Shown one piece after another: positions 56,323 to 64,000 of a stretch of DNA of 64,000 nucleotides. The stretch's first letter is position 1. Each line of letters opens with the position of its first letter. The stretch covers positions 20,708,001 through 20,772,000 of the forward strand of contig OX597830.1 in the NCBI GenBank assembly GCA_951406725.2, written 5' to 3'. Position numbers and translations under genes: made by a program. Source of the DNA: Octopus vulgaris (taxonomy: Eukaryota). Below the pieces are notes generated by a model. That model made no database searches, was not told the DNA's origin, and saw only the letters and a program-made list of their open reading frames with translations.

Positions 56323-56789
56323 AGACTATCAATAATCCGAAAGTTCGCTTTGGTACAATCATAGAACGTCTGTCATGTATAAAGAAAATGTGAGTTCGTG
56401 TCCCACAGGCAGCGTTCGATTCCCCCCCACACACACACACACACTACACCATCCAACGGATTTTGTTTTTTCACCTAATATTTACACGCGATTTTTCATA
56501 GCTTTATCTACTTCGAGTTTCGTTCCGCAGTTAGAAATTATTTATAACAAGTGTGTTTATACAGTTCACGTTGTCTCGCTCTCTTATGGCTGCCAAAAGG
56601 TTCCACAAATACACAGGACAAGGAAACTGGGTATTTTTTATTGATCGGCTGGTTGATCTGTAAGATATATTAAGCAAATATCGCTGGATTTACACATTGT
56701 TGATTTGAAGAGAAAGAGATGCACCACACAATGAAATCATCGATGCGTACCCATGGAACTTACAGCAAAAGCGATAACTACCCACTATA

Positions 56790-56955
56790 TTGATTTCAAT
56801 TTTTATTACAAGGCCAGAAGTTACATCGACCCCAGTACTCAACTGGTATTTATTTTATCGACCTCAAAAAGAAGAAAGGCGAAGTCGACATCGGTGGAAC
56901 TTGAACTCAGAAAGTAGACAGACGCGGTAACGATTCGGCCAGCTCGCCGCCTTAA
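56790..56955 (-). mobile_element. SINE B, degenerate
   Basis: catcgaccccagtactcaactggta...gccagctcgccgcc. Confidence 0.75.
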
Positions 56956-57351
56956 AATAAATATCCAATATATTGACTCTCAGAGACAGACATACCTACA
57001 TACATACAGACAGACAGACAACCTACATACAGACAGGTTGTAAGGCAATAAGGCAGACAGACAGACAGACAAAACAGGCAAACAGCTGGTCAGGCAGTTG
57101 GACACAGAAGCAGGTATAACAGCCATTTTGTTTTTTTATGTCTAAATTATAACAGGAACGACAACATCCATTAATGATCCGTTTTTACAGGGCTTCTGAG
57201 ACTGTGGGGAGCGAAGGAAGGAAGTTATTATCTGGTTGGGGACCAGACACTAATGTTTGCAACAGAACAATGTCCTCTAAAAACAACTCAGGGCCAGCTG
57301 GAGTGGTGGTGGTGGTGGTGGCGGTGCTGCCGGTGGTGGTAGTGGTGGTGG

Positions 57352-57582
57352 TGGCGGCGAGCTGGCAGAAACGTTAGCACGCCGGGTGAAATGCTTTGCG
57401 GTATTTCGTCTGCCGTTACGTTGTAAGTTCAAATTCCGCCGAGGTCGACTTTGCCCTTCATCCTTTCGAGATCGATAAATTAAGTACCAGTTACGCACTG
57501 GGGTCGATGTAATCGACTTAATACTTGTCTGTCCTTGTTTGTTCCCTCTGTGCTTAGCCCCTTGTGGATAGTAAAGAAATAG
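57352..57582 (+). mobile_element. SINE B monomer, full length
   Basis: ggcggcgagctggcagaaacgttagc...gtagtaaagaaata-like tail; inserted in (GGT)n. Confidence 0.9.
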
Positions 57583-58023
57583 GTGGTGGTGGTGGTGGTG
57601 GACAAACAGACAGATTAACAAACCGACAGGCAATAGATTAAGCTCTCCTAATCATGAAGAGAAATCGCCTTTCGATGGGACCCTACACAGTCTCATCGAC
57701 CAAATTTCCCTCACGTGGTCTCTTGCCCAAGGTGTCGCTCGATGGGATCGAACCAGAATCAACATAGCTCTGGAGCGAGCGTTTTTGCTACGCAGCTTTG
57801 TTAATATATTTTATCTTTTATCTTTTAACTTGTTTCAATAATTTGACTGCGACCATGCTGGAGCACCACCTTGAATTGTAATCGAAACTTATCAAACTCT
57901 ACAACTTTCGATTTTTTTATCATAAAACCTAGTACTTATTTTCTCGTCCTATTTGCCGAACTTCTAAGTTACGGGGACGCAAACACACCAATACCGGTTT
58001 TCAAGCGGTGCTTGGAGTAAATA

Positions 58024-58673
58024 CGAGGGGAAGTTAAAAATTATCCGCACTTTCGCCACAACATATCTTTATTATTGTCAGATTGCTTTCTGCGCATGCG
58101 TGCTTCACGTAATCGAAATTTGAGCGTGATGATCGCGCCATTTTTCCTTCTAGCTTTACAGTGTAAGCTTTCCTGCTCCACTAGCAATATGCACCAAAGG
58201 AGAACAAAGAGGAGTGATCTCTGGTCGGAAGGTTATCAGGGGCTGGAAAAGGGGTGTACGATCAACAGTACAAGATACAGTGTTTTATCGGCCAACAATT
58301 GGCACCAAACGCCGAAGCCTATTGTCGAAGAAAGTTTTGCTGTTGCATGACAATGCACGCCCGCACACGGCTGCCCAGACCGTTGAAACCATTAACCATT
58401 TGTGCGAAAAGCCACCGATGAATTTCAGCACCTGACACAACTTCCGACCGGAAAAAATCGGATCACTGCTCTTTGTTCATCTTTGGTGCACATTGCTAGT
58501 GGAGCGGCCATGCTTACACTATAAAACCAGAAAGAAAAATGGCGCGATCAGGCTCAAACTTCGATCACGTGACCTCAGTATTACCAACAATAAGCACGCA
58601 TTCACAGAAGGCAGTGTGACAATAGTAAAGATATGTCATGGTGTAAGTGTGAATAATTCTTGACTTACCCTCG
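58024..58673. mobile_element. Rearranged mariner derivative with two inverted 5' ends
   Basis: TA-CGAGGGGAAGTTAAAAATTATCCGCACTT ... AAGTGTGAATAATTCTTGACTTACCCTCG-TA; both arms carry the 5' UTR and transposase start; centre encodes LLLHDNARPHTAAQT. Confidence 0.88.
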
Positions 58674-58717
58674 TACATATACAAACACACACATACACAC
58701 ACATCTATATACATATC

Positions 58718-58773
<56 letters not shown>

Positions 58774-58844
58774 TTTATATATATACATACATACATACAT
58801 ACAGACAGACAGACAGACATATATATGTGCGTGTGTGTGTGTAT

Positions 58845-59130
58845 ACAGGAAGAATTCACAAAACAACAAAAGACGAAGACAGGTGGTATAGGCAACAAAG
58901 TGATGTATTAGTATAACGTTTGGGAAGTGAAAAAAGTCTTTAACGTTTCGAGCCTGCGCTCTTCCACAGAAAGGAACACAGAAAGAAACAAAGAAAGAAA
59001 ATAAAGAATGTATAGAGGCTAGCGTTCTATCATGGCGAAGGTCGGACAGAAGGGTCACACAGGAGAGCTAGGGAGAAGGGGAGATAATAAAGTGGTGATG
59101 ATCTCAAAACGAAGGTGCGCGTGTGAGTGT
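58845..59130 (-). mobile_element. Hammerhead-like repeat family copy
   Basis: 58937-58973 rc: cttt CTGTGGA agagcgcaggctc GAAACGTT aaag. Confidence 0.65.
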
Positions 59131-59462
59131 ATAAGATATATATATATATACACGATGGGTTTCTTCCAGTTTCCGCCAACCAGATTCATTCACAAAGCTT
59201 TGATCGGCAAATGGCTATAGTAGGAGACACTTGCTCAAGGTGTCATGCAGTGGGACTGATCCCGGAATCATATGATTGGGAAGAAAGCTTCTTACCACAC
59301 AGTCACGCCTGCGCTTATAAACACATTTACATAAACAAACGCACAAACTGGAAAGCAGAAAGACAAACAGACTGATAGATTAATAAGCGAACCAACGGAC
59401 AGACTAATAGAAAGACGGACACACTGACAAAGAGACCGACGGACAAACAGACAGACATGCAA

Positions 59463-59525
<63 letters not shown>

Positions 59526-59528
59526 TAC

Positions 59529-59582
<54 letters not shown>

Positions 59583-59588
59583 GCAGAC

Positions 59589-59666
<78 letters not shown>

Positions 59667-60852
59667 GCGGTCAGATTGATAGGTAGACTATCAGAAAGAT
59701 AGACAAACCGACAGACAGGCAAACAAATAGATATGCAAATAGACAAAAGCTTCGAAACGGCAAGTAAGAGAGCGAAAAGGAAGACAGCGGGAAAAGTGCT
59801 AAAGAAAACATTGGCAATTACACAGACAGATTCACGGACAGACTGACAGACCGACAGACAGATAGACAGACTGGCAGACAGGCAGACAGAAGTACATCCT
59901 ATCCTGTCGATCATAAGGTAATGAAAACGAAAAGAAAATAGAGGTGGGCTGATGTATGTAAACGAAATAGAAACGACATTGGAAACGATGGCTGTTCTAC
60001 GTGACTAAGTCAAGTACAAGAGAAGCTTAGAGACGGAGACAGGGAAAGAGAAAAAGAGAGGTTAAAGAGGGAGAAGAAGAGGGGGGAGAGAAGTGGGAAG
60101 AGGGGAGGAGGAGGAGGAGGGGGTGTTGAGTTGTTTTGACCTTTGAGTGTCAACAAATCTCCTCCTCCTCCTCCTCCTATCAAAACTTCTTCGTGTGCCA
60201 TGATTCGGGGTCAGGTTCGTCGGAAAGCGAACCAACACGAAAAGTAACAGTATCCAGGCTTTACACTGAGGCGAGATAGAACAACATGGCTGCGGAAACG
60301 ACGGAGGCGCATTCGTGTAATTTGACTTCGAAATGGAGACGTTTTGGTGGTGCGATTCGGTTTTGGTGGCGTTCTGGTTGGTGCCAGCGATGGAGAGGGG
60401 GCTTGGTGGTGGCGGCGACGGTGGTGGCGTTCTGGTGGTGCCATCGGGGACGGTGGTGATAGTGGTGGTGGCGGCGGCGAGCTTGCTGTTGTTAATCGTG
60501 GTGATGGTTATGGTGGTGGTGGTGGAGGTGGTGGCGGCTTTGGTTGTGGTGGCGGAAACGGAGTTGCTGTTGCTGTTGTTATTGTTAGTGGTGGTGGTGT
60601 TTGGATATCGTTGTGGTTTCTGTAGAGATGGTGGAGGGGGTGATGAAGGTAAGTGGTTGTGGTGGTTGTGGTGGTGGCGGCGACGGCGAGGTTGCTGTTG
60701 TTGTTATTCGTGGTGATGGTTATGGTGGCGGTGGCGGTGGTGGTAGTGGTGGTGGTGGTGGTGGTGGTGGCGGTGGCGGTGGTGGTGGTGGTGGTGGTGG
60801 TGGTGGTGGTGGTGGTGGTTTTGGTGGAGGTACGGCTAGTGATGGTACTGGG

Positions 60853-60899
<47 letters not shown>

Positions 60900-62119
60900 G
60901 GTGGTGGTGGTGGTGGTGGTGGTTGTGGTGGTGGTGGTGGTGGTGGTGGTGGTGGTGATGGTGGATGTGGGGCTGTTCGTAGCGGAAGTGGTGGTGTGAT
61001 TAGAGCTAGAGATGGTGGTAGGAGGTGATGATTTGTGTTGGCTATTGTAATTAAGGTGGTTGTGTTGGATGTTGTGACGCTGGCGACAGTTGTGGTGGTA
61101 GTATTAGTATTGGTTGTAGCCATGGTTGTAGTTGCGTTTGTTGCGGTTGTGGTGGCAGTTGTTGGTTGAGGTAGTGGCGGTGGCTGTATTGGCAATTGTA
61201 ACAGTGTTGGTGTTGATTGCAACAATGATGGCACGAGTTCTGGTTGCAGTCGAGTTGGCTATGTTAACTATGGTGGTGAAAGAGGCGGCGGCGGTAGTGG
61301 TGGTGGTGGTGGTGGTGGTACGGGTGCGGGTTCAGGTTGGTGGTTGAGGGTGGTGGCGTCGATGGCGGTAGCGGTAGTGGCTGGTCCTGGCGGTAGCGGT
61401 GGTGGCGGTGGAGGTGAGGTGGTGGTCGTGGTGGCGGTGGTGGTAGTGGTGGTGGCGGCGGTGGTGGTGGTGGTGGTGGTGGTGGTGGTGGTGGTGGTGG
61501 TGGTGGCGGAGGCGGTGGCGGCAGTGGTGGTGTTGTTGGCGTTGTTGGCGGCGGCAGTGGTGGTGTTGTTGGCGGCGGCAGTGGCGGCGTTGGGGGGGGG
61601 GGGGGAGCGGTGGTGGCGGCGGTAGCGGTGGTGCTTGTGGTGGTGTATAGGGTGGTTATGGTGTGGAGGGTTGTGGCGGTGGCGGCGCCAATGCAGTTGG
61701 TAGTGGAGTTGCTATAGGGCTGTGATTATGGTGGTGGTGGTGAGCAGAGGTCGGCTGTTGGCTGCGTGTACCGTTCACAGTATTGGCTGCATTAGTGGTA
61801 TTTGTTGTGGTGGTTGTTTTTGGATCGTTGTACACTGTAGCAGTTGTTGTAGTCCTGATCAGCAGAAGCAGATAAATCAAGACTGCCCATTGCTATATCA
61901 ATTCATGTGGTTTACGATGGAGTTTTTCAAGGAGCCGGAAATAACAATACGATCATTGCTTCTTGTCATTGTTGTTGCTCTCCTTGTTATTATTACTCAA
62001 CCCACTGCTTCTCAACCGGGGCCCATGCGGCCCTTAGTGGTCCATATGACCTTTGGAGTTCTATATATGAGTTTTTGCTAAAATTTATGGACAATAAATG
62101 GTTTACATGTCTATAATAT

Positions 62120-62268
62120 CTAGCGGTTCGACAAAAGGGGCCGATAGAGTAAGTACTAGGCTTACAAAGAATAAGTCCGGGCGTCGATTTCTTGCACTAA
62201 AACTCCTTAATGTGGTGCTCCAGCATGGCCGCAGTCAAATGAGTGAAATGAGTAAAAGAATAAAAGAA
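62120..62268 (+). mobile_element. SINE A tail
   Basis: tagcggttcgacaaaagggg...gcatggccgcagtcaaatg...taaaagaataaaag. Confidence 0.8.
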
Positions 62269-62335
62269 TGATAGATTTATGAATTTGTTTTGTAAGATTC
62301 CTCATGTGAAATCGTGTGTTTAAGCAGATATTGTT

Positions 62336-62651
62336 ATATTTCGGGACGGTCGTTATTTTTATTGCCAAATAAACACACGCACTATCTATTCGTTCTTCAC
62401 TCGCTTATTATTGTTCTTATTTTATCGCATGTCCATTGTCTGGAAATCTTTCGTCACACATCTGCGATCTCTACCTGATTTCCTGAAACAGAACAGAAGG
62501 ATGCACGTGGGGTGGAAGAGTCGCTGAAGGGGTCACAGATGTGTGACGAAAAATATGTGACACATAAAATAAGAACAATAATAAATTAGTGAAGAACGAA
62601 TATATTGTGCGTGTGTTTATATGGTAATAAAAAATGACCGTCCCAAAATAT
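62336..62651. mobile_element. Foldback MITE with ~110-130-bp arms
   Basis: atatttcgggacggtc / gaccgtcccaaaatat; ttattattgttcttattttat / ataaaataagaacaataataa; tttcgtcacacatctg / cagatgtgtgacgaaa. Confidence 0.85.
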
Positions 62652-63306
62652 CAGGTCATCCCATAAGTTCTGTCCGAATTTACCTTTTTTAGAATTGAAT
62701 GAAATTTAATAGTATTTTAGAATGTCTAATGGAATTAAAAATTATTTTTATGCATTTGTGTACATTTAAACTAATTAAATATTACTTTACAGAATAATAG
62801 AATTAAAATTTCTTTGATTAAAACCCTTTCTAACATGGAAGTATCCAAAGCATATTTGAGGCACATAATGCTTTATGAGTACAAAAAAGGAAACTCTGCA
62901 GCCGAAGCAACTCGAAACATACACTCAGTTTATGGGAAAGAAAGAATGCTTGAATGAAAGAACTCGCAGATGATGGTTTGCAAAATTCAGAAGTGGAGAT
63001 TTCAGCCTTGAAGATGAAGATGGAACAGGACGTCCAGTTGAGTTTGATGATAAGCTCCTTGAGGCATCATTATCAGTTGAAGAATTGGTACTAAAGCTTA
63101 GTTCAAACCATACAACTGCTCGTTGTCATCTTCAACAACTTGGAAAGGTTCCTAAACTTGGAAAATGGGTGCCTCATGAATTTTCCGAAAGTAACCGCAA
63201 ATCCCGAGTTGACATCATCTCTCCATTCTCTCGAACTCATTTCAGCCTTTTTGGATAGACTTGTGACTGGTGACGAAAAATGGATCTTCTATCGAAATGT
63301 TAAACA
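62651..63306 (+). pseudogene. Decayed mariner (Hsmar1/Mos1-like), 5' half
   Basis: ATG at 62835: MEVSKAYLRHIMLYEYKKGNSAAEATRNIHSVYG; WFAKFRSGDFSLEDE..GRP; KLGKWVPHE; FLDRLVTGDEKWIFY; frameshifts and stops; TA at 62649-62650. Confidence 0.92.
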
Positions 63307-63910
<604 letters not shown>

Positions 63911-64000
63911 TTACGGCGGAAACAGAGTTAGATGTTTTTCCGTGAATGTGAGTGTGACGTATACAAGATGGCGTTGGTGGCGTTTACATGTTTGGTTGTT

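Overview
Eukaryotic, repeat-saturated DNA that is non-coding or intronic. It is most likely a coleoid cephalopod (Octopus-like) genome, judged from the tRNA-derived SINE families and the extreme (AT)n, (GATA)n, (ATT)n, (GGT)n and (CAT)n microsatellite load. I recognise no intact host protein-coding gene; almost all ORFs in the track are microsatellite read-through. Supported features are: four dispersed SINE families (called A-D here); decayed mariner, maT/DD37D-like, hAT, RTE and Tx1/L1-like remnants; a non-autonomous Helitron; Tigger-like, Charlie-like and foldback MITEs; and several local duplications. The best leads are: (1) a ~200-bp repeat family carrying a minimal, dimer-type hammerhead-ribozyme-like fold; (2) an 11.6-15.3 kb island rich in CAGGTR motifs, with a possible bidirectional promoter, consensus splice donors and an AG|GT recursive-splice/27-nt microexon signature; (3) a mariner derivative with two 5' ends; (4) a (TAA)n-embedded insertion; (5) a possible signal-peptide, Gly-rich small ORF. 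Family names come from recalled motif resemblance, not from database searches.
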